A stretch of DNA of 64,000 nt, taken from Octopus bimaculoides (Eukaryota). The position numbers and the translations under genes are program-made. The notes under the pieces are model-generated. The model was not told the DNA's origin and ran no database searches. It worked only from the letters and a program-made list of their open reading frames with translations. Location of the stretch: positions 121,755,096 through 121,819,095 of the forward strand of contig NC_068985.1 of assembly GCF_001194135.2 (NCBI RefSeq). The letters run 5' to 3'. How positions within the stretch are numbered: position 1 is the stretch's first letter; each line of letters opens with the position of its first letter. Positions 24,901 through 38,600 of this stretch are shown here, piece after piece.

Positions 24901-27005
24901 TAGCACAACTATATTTTGCTGTTTTTAGTAATACTGTCATATATTCCCTTCATTTTATTACAAATAATATGTGAAAGTGAGAAAAACACATTTATTTTCA
25001 GTATGTTACACACCTGTATTCATCTTTGTCTCACCCTTAAATGAGCATTTTCTTTTTTAAGGGGCATTCTGCTATGTAAATGTATTCACTTAATTGTATA
25101 AGAGTACAAAGCCAATGCTATATTAACTAGTAAAAGAGTTTTGTACTTTCCAATGAAAATATTTGAATGAAAGATAGAGAAAGAATAAAATCTTGTATCG
25201 ATTATACCTGTATTTTAATTCAAATTCATGTAATTCATCTTGAAAAATGACAAAATTGTTGGCAATTGACATCTGGGATAATTTTAGTAACAAATCAAAC
25301 ATGTTAGAAGCATTAAGAATTTCAAATTTTAGTGTTTATACATAAAGTTATTGCTTTTACACCTGTTAATTAAATTTACCTGCCCATAAAAGTAACATTT
25401 AATCAGAAAGATCTGCTAAAATTACATTACTATAAACCACTGGTTTATAGCTATGTAACTGACAAAATTGCAAATCTGTATGTAAAAAAATTAGCAAAGT
25501 TACAAGCAAATATCGTGGACATCCCTCTTGAACCTGAATAATTCCATATAATGTGAACAAATGAGCATTACATTTGACAGATTAATCTGAACACTAAAGG
25601 GTTAAACATTGAATATTTGTAAACTGATAGCTCTCATCCAAAGTGGTGATGTTTGCCTACAACCAATGGCATTTCCTTGGCCAATGAGATAGGGAGTGCT
25701 TTAAAACTGAAGTTTAATGAAATATAGGAATTGATGGAATGAGAAAGAATTCCAGAGGGTTGAAATTCTTGGAATCTACAGAGTTCAGCAGAAAAAATAC
25801 AATTTATGCAAGAAATCAGTTTAAAAGTGAAGAGGGATGAAAAGCAGCTACACCTTTAGGATGGTGATGATGAAGAGGGTGGAAAATCAAGGTTAGACTG
25901 AGAGATTTTATTGACTATATGGGAGGATTTCTTTTGAATGAGGTCCAAAATGACCACAGCCAATGGAAAAAGATTGAGAAAGAAAGAGGAAAGAAAACAA
26001 TAGGGAAGAAGACAAAAAGAGGAAGGAGACAGAAGGGGAAGAAAGAGAAAGAGAATGAAAGACACAAGACTTAGAAACAGGAAGTTTTGCAAATACTTCC
26101 AAACAGAATAGAAGTTATACTTTTCATAGACACTTCTTCAATTCAAGTACCCAGAGCAGTGATTCTTAACTTTGGTGGTAGAGCGTGCTCCAGCCTGGAG
26201 GTGTTATGGGCTCACAAGGTGGTGTTGAATGTTTAGAGAGGTTGTGATTATTTTTTTGAGATAAAAATATTTAAACTGGATACAATGCTTATATATTAAA
26301 CATATATATCAAAAAAATCTTTGTTGGGATAAAAATAATCAGTAAGTCACTGAGTTATCAGTGAGCAGAAAAGTGACCGACAATGTGTCAATGTCCAAAA
26401 TATTTTCTTAATAAGTTATCTTTGTTAATAATTTCCATAAAAATTTAGCATGGGAGCACTAATCTATGCAAATAGCTAAAAGAAGGCATGCTAGATAGGA
26501 TAAAACAATAAAAACAGGACAAAAACTACACAAAATTAACCTCTTGATTAAAATTCAAAATTTTTACTATATAGTGCAGACATGGGCGAATTGTCAGAAA
26601 GTGAACTCCATGCGATATGACTTATCATCAGGCAGGCTACATGACTAAGAAATTCAAAGTAACTTTTAAAGATCTAGAAAATACAAACTAATGCTTGGGA
26701 AACCTGAAGAAACATGTTAGTCATAAACAACCAAGGAAGAGATACCCTTGTTGGTTGACATGTGCAGACACACACACACACACACACACGTGATTAAAAA
26801 TTCCTTTTAGTATTTAAATGCTAACATTTTCATTTTGTTCTAATTTAGTTTATATATATATTTAATACTATTTTTGCTACTATGTTGCAAATATGTTTTG
26901 AGATTACACACACATCATTCATATATTTTAGAAAAATGTCATAATTGAAAGATGGGAAAATATTGATTACCTAAAAATGCTAGCCCCCACCCACACACAG
27001 TGTAC

Positions 27006-27010
<5 letters not shown>

Positions 27011-27055
<45 letters not shown>
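27011..27055. repeat. (GT)n microsatellite
   Basis: Read directly from the sequence. Confidence 0.95.
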
Positions 27056-27057
<2 letters not shown>

Positions 27058-29012
27058 TAGACTGCAGCTTTGAAGGGTTTAGTTAAATCAACCCCAGTAC
27101 TTTGTTATTTTAAGTCTGGTACTTATTCTATGAATTACTTTTTGACAAACTGCAAAGTTACAGGGATGTGCACAATCCAACACTGGTTGTCAAGCAGTGG
27201 TGAGGGACAAACACACACACATGTATATGTATGTGTGTGTGTGTATGAGCGTTTATATGTTCTTGAGCAAGATGCTTCATTCTAAGATTTAATAATTATG
27301 TGCTCAAGTGTAGATGGTGGTGGATTTCTGGGACTGACTATGAGAGTTCAGTGGTTTGATCAACTGAATTACCTGCTCCTGAATTAACACGTGATAAATT
27401 CTTAGGCAGAATCAGCATGACAAGGCTGTACCTTTTCATACTTTTATACAGCTTTCATCTACCCAATTCCATTTACAAAGATATGGGTTGATTCAAAGCT
27501 ATAAAAATGGCATTTGCTCAAGATGCCAGTCAGAAGGATCAAACCCAGGATCTCATACTTGTTAATATCTTTTTAACCATTTAAGCTAAAAAATAGATAT
27601 ACATATGCTAAAGGAGATTTTAATTATCCTGTAATATCAACCTGGGGCTAAACATAACCTTCATCATCATCATTGTTTAAATGTATAACTTTACATGCTT
27701 GCATGGATCAGAGATTATTGAAACGAATTTTCTACAGCCACATGTTCTTCCTGCCACCAACCCTCACCTGTTTCTGAACAAAGTAATATTTCCCCATGCC
27801 CAGACATATTTTCACAGAATATTGGAAATGAATGACACTGCTTGTAGGACAGTGATACTTATTTACAACATCAAGATAAAGAGACACACATTATATATAT
27901 ATATACACTAACTGGCCCTGTGCCATCAAAAATGATGGCTAATTGTAGTATTTTATATATAAATATGAATGATAAATTAAGTTAATACACTTGTCAATGT
28001 TCACATACATTCAGACTTCCCTTGTACACATACACACATATAATCAGAGTTGAAACATTTTGATTTTTCTTTTCAGCATTAAATGTTCACCATCCCACCA
28101 GTTTGCCATAACCCCTTACTTCCTTATTCATCTATCACCCCTTTCTTTCTCATTCATATGTTGTGACAGAGAAAAACACAAGAGTATTATTATAGTAGAT
28201 GAGCTACTTTCAGTTTCAATTTCCCAAATCCACTCAAGGCTTTTCGTTGACCCAAGGCTATGATAGAAGGCACTTGTCCAGTGGGACAGAACCCAAAACT
28301 ATGTGGTTGGGAAGCAAACCTTTCAATCAGTGTCACTCCACCTATAGCCGCACAGCCAAAAATTCAAAGAACTAACAAAGATAAAAAGTAACAAACAACT
28401 GTATCTGATATTGGTTTTAAATTTTGGCACAAGGCTAGCAATTTCAGAGGAAAAGGTAAATCAATTACATTGACCCCAGTGCTCAACAGGTCCTTACTAT
28501 ATCAACCCTGAAAGACTGAAAGGCAAAGCCAACCTCTGCAGAATTTCAACATACAATGTAAAAGCAGACAAAATACTTCCAAGCGTTCTGCCTGGTGCAC
28601 TAACTATCCTGGCAGCTTGCTGCCTTACAACTGTATCTAATATCAATTACAAAATACTATAGAGTAATTATTAATAGCATCAACAATAGCAATATCATAA
28701 CCTTTACAACGTCAAAATACCTACACTTAAAAGCAATAAAATGCCTTCAAACATTTGTGCAAAAATCAGCTTCACAAAAACGAAAAGTGTGTATCTTTTA
28801 TCTTTCATTTGTTCCAGTCATTAGACTGCAATCATGCTAAGGCACCGGCTTGAAGAATCTTCTTAGCTGAATGACTCTCAAGCCCAGTATTTTCTTTTCT
28901 TTAAAATCCTGATATTTACTCTATAGGTCACTTTAGACAAACTGCAAAGTTACAGGGATGTAAACACACCAACACCAGTTGTCAGATGGTGGTGGGAGAC
29001 TAAGACATTTTT

Positions 29013-29049
<37 letters not shown>

Positions 29050-29087
29050 ATGTGTGTACATATGTGTATGTTTGTGTGTGTATATAT

Positions 29088-29872
29088 ACCGGGTGCGATG
29101 GGTAAATTGTTGCCATTTTATACTTTAAAGTTTGCGCATGCACATTGCTTGTCTCAGTTGGGCACTGTCTGTGAGAAAAACAGCACCATGACAATTCAGT
29201 CTGCCAGAAATTTGGAAACGACATGCCACAGTGCTTGGCATTCACACCAGAAGCTCCAATATAAACATTTCAGAGTGTTTGGGCGTCAATTTGAGGACAT
29301 GTACTGAGAGCGATAAAAATCAAACATCCAGTCAACATCATAATGTTTGGACTGATCACTAGTGATGGTGACATCATGCTTTCATACAAGGCCTCAGACT
29401 CAGCATGGGAGGCCTACATCAAGTGCCTGGAGGAGGTTGTGCTGCCCTGGGTCAAGACAGTGACTGCTAGAAGACTGTCTGGCAACAGACTCTACACCAT
29501 GTCACACAGGCAGGAGAACCCAGTCATGGCTGTCAGACAATTTCTGAGATCACATCACCCCTAACTCCCAACACTGCAACCCCCTTTATTATGTGTGTGG
29601 TGCAGTTGAGCGTGAGACCAACAAAACTCCTTGTAACACCAAAGATGAACTGAAGGCAAAGATTACGGCAGCATTAACCAACTTAAACAAGGAGACCATC
29701 CAGAAGAGTTGCAGGAGATTCCAAAGTTGTCTGGAAGTCTTAGTTAAACCAATGGCGATTTTATTGAATAAATTTACTCTTTAGTATTTCAAGATATTTT
29801 TATGTAATTTTGAGATGTCAATGTTATTTTCAGTTTTGCATAATTTAGACGACAGTCTATTCACTGCACCCT
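29088..29872 (+). mobile_element. Internally deleted Tc1/mariner element (maT/DD37D-like)
   Basis: Ends ccgggtgc... and ...gcaccct; relics MFGLITSDGDIM, YIKCLEEVVLPWVKTV and GAVERETNKTPCNTKDELKAKI. Confidence 0.8.
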
Positions 29873-29967
29873 ACACACATACAATGGGCTTCTTTCAGTT
29901 TCCATCTACCAGATATACTCACAAGGCTTTGGTCAGCCTGAGGATGTAGTAGAATCATATGCCAAAA

Positions 29968-30855
29968 GTGCCATGCAGTGGGATGAAACCCAAAACCATG
30001 TGGTTGGGAAGCAAGCTTTTTATCACACAGCTATGCCTATACTTTTTTCTTCCTTGTTACTTGGGATCTACCTTCAAAGCTGCTAGTTTTGATCCTATTT
30101 TCAGAAACTGGATTGCTTCAGTATACAACAGTATCTGTTTTATGGTTAGATAAACTGCCACCTATGGGAACCTTTTTGAATCATGCATTCAATGTGGACT
30201 GGCTTGGGATAAAACAACAGCTAGAATAAAGTTTAAAAGTATCAGTAAATCGTTACATTGTACCACAATCAACAGAACAGCTTAAAGATCTCTAGTTTGG
30301 TTCAGAAAAGATGCATAATTCTGTGTTGTATCAATGGTCAGCAGACTGCTATTTAATTTTTAGATAGTACAGTCTGTTTAAGTACAAACAACACATCTCT
30401 CAGGAACAACTCACTATTATAATACAGGGTGCGGCAGAAATACCGCCCACATTTGAAAAGGTTGGCAAAAGGAGAAAGAAACAACATTTATGAAAAATTA
30501 ATTTTACTGTTGTTTAAACAAAGGGTTACAGTTTTTGTTCATTAGCTAAATGAAAATATTATTGGCACTTGCATAAGTTCATTAGCAACACATAGGTGAA
30601 AGTTTAAAATACGGGAAGTATTTCTGCCGCACCCTGTATTAATGAGCATCTAAGGTGTTGAATTGGCAGAATTGTTACCATAAAACAGATACTGCTGTAT
30701 ATTGAAGCAATCCAGTTTCTGAAAATAGGATAAAAACTAGCAGCCTTGAAGGTAGATCCCAAGTAACAAGGAAGAAAAAAGTATAGGCGTGGCTGTGTGG
30801 TAAGAAGCTTGCTTCCCAACCACATGGTTCTGGGTTTCGTCCCACTGCATGGCAC
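29968..30855. repeat. Inverted duplication with 179-bp arms (29968-30146 and 30677-30855)
   Basis: Each arm is a SINE head plus ~110 bp of non-SINE flank; about 10 differences in 179 bp; the spacer holds the 30425 MITE. Confidence 0.9.
30425..30636. mobile_element. Tc1/mariner-type MITE
   Basis: Perfect TIR CAGGGTGCGGCAGAAATAC / GTATTTCTGCCGCACCCTG with TA on both sides; 212 bp. Confidence 0.92.
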
Positions 30856-31826
30856 ATACTGGGCAAAATGCTTTGTGGGATTTCATTTGCCTTTATGTTC
30901 TCAGTTCAAAATTCACTGAGACTGACTTTGCCTTTCATCCTTTTAGAGGTTGATAAAATGAGTACCAGTTGAATATTGGAGCCAATGTAATTAACTTGCC
31001 CCCCCCCCCCCAACTTGCTGGCCTTGTGCCAAAATCTGAAGTCAATGTTAATGAGCAATATTTTTGAGTCTAGGTGAACACTCACAGAGAAGATGACATC
31101 TGATGTAAGGCATTCCAGCAGAGTTGTAACCATGCGACTTGTATGCTGGACTAGTTAAACTGTCCAACCCATGCCAGCATGGAAAACGGACATTAAATGA
31201 TGAGGATTGACTTACTATTTTGAGTGGTCACAAGTAGCCTCTCTCATTGGCTTAAATTAGTATTTATTAGCTTGAAGTGCTACTCCTATGAATATAGCTT
31301 AGAGAAGAATGGGATGACCTACCAAAAACACAAATTCTTTCATCAATGATACTTTCATGATCGAATGGGTTATGATGACTCACCAATATTTATGTAGATA
31401 ATGCATGTACATAGATATTATACACTGATGTTTCCGTCTTTTGAAAAAGATACAAGCAATAAAACTTGGTCATGAATAGATAGTCTGCATTTACAAATTG
31501 AATCACAAGATATTGATTAGCCTGTAACTACAACAAAAGACGCACTCAAGTGCCAATCAGTGGGACTGAAACTGAAACCGTGTGGGTGTAAAGCAAAATT
31601 CTTAACCACATATCATGCCTGCACCAATGTAAAAGTTACAAAACCAAATCTTTAAGGAATTTAGTTGAACACAACAGATCCGTCAACTTGGTGCTCTATC
31701 CCAGGGCAGTAATGAAATTGCTTCTACCCTTACTTAGAAAGGGTGACTTCATTTATAAAACACAACCATTTACAAAGTGAATGGTATTACAAAGAAAGAG
31801 CTAAATAATTAAGCCAGATTACTTAC

Positions 31827-32025
31827 AGAGTATGATGTTGGTACTACCAGCAGCACTACCAAGCAATTTCTGCTTATACCTTACTAAACTGTCATCATCC
31901 TCATCTGCTTTTAGAATCTCATTAATTGTCTTTTCTGCAGGAGGTTGGTAATTCAAAGCTGGTTCATCATCTTCCTCTTCCTTTTCTCCCTCCTTTGGTA
32001 CACAAGACTCTTCAGTTTCAGCCAT
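31827..32025 (-). CDS. RhoGDI: RhoGDI coding exon 1 (MAETEESCVPKEGEKEEEDDEPALNYQPPAEKTINEILKADEDDDSLVRYKQKLLGSAAGSTNIIL)
   Basis: Acidic N-terminus and NY-PPAEKT-EIL-AD-DD-SL-RYK-KLLG match the RhoGDI regulatory arm. Acceptor ttgttcAG|GATG at 32027-32028, donor GTAAGT at 31826-31821; 199 nt, phase 1. Confidence 0.95.
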
Positions 32026-32419
32026 CCTGAACAAAATAATGAAATACAATAAGTAAATGGTTTAGAGGGAGAAAAATGGTCTTGGTCAGTGGAAATAAAT
32101 TTATTAGGTTTCCAAAATTAATGAAATTTCAAAGCATCTGGTGAATGGCAGGACAACAATATGTAACCTATCATTATCATTATTATTAAGGTGGCAAACT
32201 GGCAGAATTGTTAGCACACCAAGTGAAATGCTCAGCGGCATTTTGTCTGTCTTTACGTTTTGAGAGCAAATGCTGCCAAGGTTGGCTTTGCTTTTCATCT
32301 TTTCGGGGTCGATAAAATAAGTACCAGTTGAGTATTGGGGTCGATGTAATTGGCTATCCCCTCCCACAAAGTTTCAGGCCTTGTGCCTATAGAAGAAAGG
32401 TGCTTGTAATTAGATTTAA

Positions 32420-32630
32420 CCCTTTAGTTACTATATTAATGTGAAAATGCACTGCCTTGGTTTTAATTTTGAAAATGAAGTATTTATTAAGACAACTGAC
32501 ACTATTAAGCTGGTATTTGGAATATAAATTAGCATGAAATTTTGATGGAAGATTTTAATTTAAATTACTTTAAATCAGGGAGCTTGCATCATATAACTGG
32601 GTGGTTTCAGGCAGATTGGTTTCAAAAGGG
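32420..32630. mobile_element. TTAA-flanked (piggyBac-type) MITE
   Basis: TTAA-CCCTTT...AAAGGG-TTAA; interior is related in reverse to 44338-44534. Confidence 0.75.
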
Positions 32631-35600
32631 TTAACAAATTAGAGAACCCTACTTTTAATGTTAGAGAGAATCTATTTTCAACAATACTGTTTAATAGGAT
32701 AGGATAATGAAATAAGATTTAGTGGAGATGATGCTTATAGCACTAAGAGGATGGTAGCTGGATAAGAGTTTAACAAGCTGACAAAACTGACACCATTTCA
32801 GATTATAGCTGTTAATACAAACAAGTTCATCTGACAGAACAATACATTCACCATCTTCTAAATATCAGTCAGCTTATATAATCATATGGAGAAAGTATTG
32901 CCAATTGTCACATGCAAGCAAATATGACTTGGTAACTTGTACCATACACAAGTTGAGAGCTGACAAAGACCTTCTTAGACTTTTACCCACAACCCAGTGG
33001 ACCATCCAGAATGTGAGAGATAGGAGCAGAGAATGCTGAATTAGCATCATATGAAATGAAGTGTCTTGCTCAGGGACACAATGTACCCCCACTTCACCTA
33101 GTTCAGGAATTGAACTCATGACTGAACATTCTGACTACCAAGCTATACACTTTCACATGGAGAAAAGGAATATATAAATATGTTTGATCATCATCATTAT
33201 TATTATTTTATGTCCAAGTTGTATGTATGTATTTGTATATTTTAAACAGGTCTCTTTCTAAAGCAACTCTTGTCTTTTTTCTCTCCTTTGATTCAAATTC
33301 TGCCATTTCTAGAGATATGGCTTGCATTTTCAAGAGTAAACTAGTGTGATATAAACAGGCAACAAATATTAGAGTTTGTAAGAATAAAATATACTATTAT
33401 ATATCAAAATGAAGTAGGGTTTATCCAAACTTGGAAAGAGAACTTCTAACACATATCCCAATAACGTCACCCACTCATCATATCAAGTCACTACTAGTTA
33501 CTTTTGAAGTCTTTGAATAGCCAGATGTCAGTTATCTGGAAAGAAACATTGCAGTTATTAATAAGAGCAGTTAGTAATTAATGCATGCAAGATTTCACAG
33601 CTCTGGCATCACTCCTTCAGAGTCAGCTCATGAATTGAATTTGTCAGCCAATTCTCGTAGTTTTTTTTAGTTTATACTAAGCCCTGGCTGAAAACTAATA
33701 TAAATGAAATGTAGATTAAACTAATTTATCAAGCTGCTTACCTGGGTAAGAAGTTTTTTTGTTTTTTTTAAACCTTAAATGTAGTTATTTGTCATAAGAA
33801 TTTACAAGACCACCTAATTGTAAATTTCTAATTATAAAAACACTGCAATTTATATGGCATTTTAAGGAAAAATTTAAAGATCCAGATGATATATGCAAAA
33901 GGGAATCTCATTAGTCCCATGATAAAATGCACCCAGTACAATCAGGAAAATGATTGATAAATTGAGCAGATATATAGAGTTGAGATAACCCAGTCTTGCT
34001 GAGGCCATGACAGCCCCTCTAGTAGCAGGATAAAATGTACCCAGTGCACTTTGTAAAGTAATTTGTGATAAGGGAAGTAATTGTAGAAACTGTGCCAAAA
34101 CAAGAAAGCCCAAATGAGGTATAGTCCTCCGATTAAAACCTTGAACTGCATGACACTTGCCAGGATGGAAAATAGATGCAAAATGATGGATGATGGAATT
34201 GATTTTTAATCTAATGCACAAATAAATGACTTAAGTGTTAGACTTCTTTATTCACTATGGTGCAAGAAATTCTACCTTCTATAAAATTACTGAGCTAAAA
34301 CAGATAACACAATGATAGCAGCACTACAGATTACATTAAGAGTTCAATCCCTTCTACAGCAATGACAGAGACTCAAGAAATTTTGTTAAAAATTATGCTC
34401 TTGGCGAGAACAATTGTCTAAAGGAATCAAGGGTTCAGTCAATCATACTGACTCCAGTACTTTTAAGTCTGCTTCTTATTCTATCAGTCCTATTTGTGGA
34501 ACTACTAAGTTACAGTTCTTAAATACTGACATGTTTACACACACACACAAGTTTCCATAATTTCTGTCAACCAAATTCCATTTATAGTCTATTGAGCCTA
34601 GAGTAGAGGGCATTTGCCCAAGGTGCCATACAATAGAAATTACCACAAAACTATGTGGTGAGAAAGCAAAATACTTCTTGACCACATAGCCATGCCTAGG
34701 CTAAGTATGAGAGAGAGGGAAGGGGAGGGGAGGAGAGTTTTGAAATTTTAATTTAATATGGAATACAGTAGTAAATTTAATCTTTAGCAATATAGTGATA
34801 TCTTTAGACATGTTTCAACCTTATCAGACTTCAAGAAACCATTGTTGAAAGACTACCACTATAGAGTGAATATAGCTTTTTTTAGTCAATGAACAGAGAG
34901 TGGCAATTGATATAAGAATGACTAAGAAATTTCTTTTCTAATCAGAATCAGTCATTTAGAAAATGATTACTTTCATCATTAAGGATGTAAATTTCATAAA
35001 AATTTCTTGACTTGCTAGCATCCACTTCATTAAATTTTTATAGAGCAGATATCTCTACTCACTCCCATCTGTATTCCAGATATTTTATCTGTATAATTGT
35101 GTATGAGTGTGTATACAAGTGTAAAATGCTTACTTGATTTGTACTCCTTTATGCCAAGAGTTAACTCAGTCAATATAAATACCCAGAATGAAGTATTGTG
35201 GTTAGTACAAACAAGATTTTCTATGTCTGAATGCCACCAGCCCTTACCGGTTTTCACAGACTGTAGGAAATGAATGACATTCATTTACAGCAATCACATG
35301 ATGTCAAGACAAGGAGACAAACATACACACAAACAGGCTTCTTTGTCTACCAAAACTACTCCTAAGGCTCTAGTTGGGCTGGTGCTGTAGAAGACACTTA
35401 CCAAAGGTGCCATGCAGTGGGACTGAAATGGAGACTAAAGCTATTGACTGAAACCAATAAAAATACATATGGCTTATTTTGGGCATTTAGAAAAAGCTGA
35501 TTGCTGAGGGTGGCCTGTAATAGTCATGATAAATGTGGTGTTAGTGAGCTATTCTTTTCCTGGACAATCACTTTAGTCTTCAAACTGACTGTCAGTTCAA

Positions 35601-38600
35601 AGCTCTTGTCTTGGGAAAAGTGGTCAAGCAGTAACTGAAAATGTTTCTGAGTGATATGTAGCTGATTCATAATTGGCAAATAGCTTATCTTCGTTAAGCA
35701 ACTCATACACTCTAATCCTGGTTTTAGCATAAGAGAAATTGAAGCATCAATAGTCAGATCTTGTGTGAAAGTAGAATTTCAGCCAATGAACAAAACACTA
35801 GTGTTTTGTTCTATTATGATTTAAATAGTTAAAATTAGTTCATGAATGAATCACTTCAATAAAACTTTCAAAGTTAGTTATGGATGGTCTGTCAATGTAT
35901 TGTGCAACCCACTAGGAAAAATTTAAGGCATATGTACATGTCCCATATATCTTTTGATAGGTATACACACACAAATGTGTGAGAGTTAGGGTGCATGGAA
36001 TGGTTAAATGGACATGTTACTTTGAAGTTTCGCCAATGGTGACCACCACTGCCAAAGCTGTGAAGTAATTGTTAGTATTCTCATAGCACTTGGCTCTACA
36101 CATGCTAATGTTCATGTCTTAATTTTTAAAAACTTATTTGATTGTTATTTCTAAAGAGAGACATAGAAAATTAGGTTATCAATGAGATTAGAAAGCTGAC
36201 AGAAATAGCTTGTAACTATCCAGAAACAATGCAATTACTATTTATAAAAATCAAAAAGTTTTGTTGAAAAAAAAAAAACAACAAAAAAACTAAGATGACT
36301 TCAAACAAGAAATACAAATGACTAATAGAAAACTGGACAGCCTTGAATAATTCTTTCTACTATAAGGACAATTTGGGGGGAGGGGAAGGTAGTCAATTAC
36401 ATCCACTTCAGTGCTCCACTGATATTTATTTGATCAACCATGAAAGAGAAGAGGAGCAAAGTCAACCTCAGTGGAATTTGAATTCAGAATGTAAAGCTGG
36501 AAAGAAATGTTTACTAAGCATTTTGTCCAGCATGCTAATAATTGTCCCAACCTCGATGAATAAAGCAGAAAATAAGATCAAAAGAAGATAGAAATACAAT
36601 CCAAATGGACCAATAAGCAGATGGCATTCAACACATGGATAATTTCAATTTGGAGTCTATAAGAGATGTCATGATTACAATAACATATTTTGCAAACAAA
36701 TTGTAAACTGGATCTTTACTACTTGCTAATATTGTGTCCTTAGAACCACTGTTTTTCATCTCTACAAATTTGATACCTGTGGATATGGGTGTGGGGGTGT
36801 TGATAGCATTCTGCTTTTGTCTAAATAATGGTCTGTAATCTTATACCCAGGGTTCCTTCTAATTTTAACCGACCACAAAGCAGAATTTTTGATGCTTTGA
36901 GCTATAATATTTTAAATTCAAAGCTACTACAAAACATTTAACTATTTCTGTAGCTTATCAAGTGCATACAAATTAAAATGAACAGCAACATTTTCACATG
37001 CATGGCACCAATAGAGTCACTGTGTGGTTGGACAGCTTAAAGGAAGCATTACCTGTACCTAAGTTTATATACAGCATTGACATTCCAGGGATGGCAAAGT
37101 AACCTGAATCTGTTTGTTTAGTATCTATGTCTCAAACACTACTTCAATTTGCCTGTGTGTCCCACTTGTCATGACCATTGTCAAACTAATAATTAAAGTA
37201 ATTTTACTGAAATTCTATACATTATTATAACAACTAAAACTAACTTAGAGAATTTTATTTGATAGAGAAAAAAAGTGTCCTGGCTTAAAACAAGATTATG
37301 TTTCTTAGCTGACATTAGATACAATGTAATTTCGAACTATTTATTATGCCCGCCTTAGTCAATATACTTCATAAAGCTATAGATATGCACACGTCTTTGT
37401 ATGCGTGTGTGTGTGTGTAAAACATGTCGAAGTAGTCATTTGTTTCTAGCATAAAGATCCTCATTGAATGACTAATGTAGTGGTGTTGTCATTGCAACGG
37501 TAATACTTTGTGGCAACTGCCAACAACACAAAGATAACAGATGCCGGTGTTGCTTGCTACTGTCTTATATATATGTGTTTAGTATTATACAGTGGGAGGA
37601 TAGACTTGGAAAGATGCTGAACAAATGAATACCATTACTTTAAGTTACTTTACATTCTGCGGTTGACTTTTGCCTTTCACCCAAGATAGGTTGAATATAA
37701 ATCCTGCACATGTCAACTTTCATCCTTCTAAGGTCAATAAAATAAAAGACAGGGGTCCATTTAACCCTTTAGTGTTCACATTATTCTGCCAAAATTAATG
37801 CTTTTTCATCCACATTGTTTTGAACTAATCATGCATTATCTTGTAGCTATTAGATTTTGATGAGGTAGCTGTTAATTTTTAAAACAATATTGTAGGGTTA
37901 GTGTGAGAGATAGTCGTAAATGAGCGTCACCATCAGACAAGTGGTGTCCATTTCCAATATTCCATAAAAATATGTCTAACTATAGAGAAATATTACCCGA
38001 CTTGGAAGCAGGTGCAACAGGTAGAACATTCAACCATAAAAAATCTGCCTCAACGTATTCCGTTTGACTTATGTGAATATTAAAATCATGAAGATGTCAC
38101 GCGACAACTCTTTTACAACTCTGCTAATGCACCACCATAAACAGGTATTCTTGTGTTTGTGATCCCAAAAAGACTAAAAGCTAAAGCTGACTGACAAGAT
38201 TTGAACTCAGTATAGAGTGCTGGAACAAATACTGCAAAAGAATTTTGTCTTAAGTTCTAATGACAGTACAATTTACTAACGAATTCAAATTCTGCTGACA
38301 TCGACAACATCTCTCTGGGATTAATAATATGCAAGCTATTACATGCCCACCTCTTGCAAATTTGAGGCCTTATGTCGATGTGAGAAATCTACCCCCTCAA
38401 AATCACCAGTGAACCTAGGCACACCTTGTTATGACTTATAAGTAAGCATGGACACTTTTTGAATCACAAACATGTGGTGTCAGCCATCTTAACTGAATAC
38501 TATAAATGTTTAAAGATGGTAATGCTATATTTATAAACAGCATAAAGTGAGAACGCAATAAGAAAAAAGAAAAAAAAAGTGCATCAGATGTGCATGGTGA

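Noticed and set aside
30785-30860. tRNA-like A/B-box sequences (also near 11020, 11985 and 42010-42075)
   Set aside because: These are SINE heads continuing into SINE bodies; no complete cloverleaf.
34805-34840. Minus-strand GAAACATGTC resembling a hammerhead 3' half
   Set aside because: The upstream core reads TTGAAGT rather than CTGANGA and stem II is not convincing; at best a fossil.
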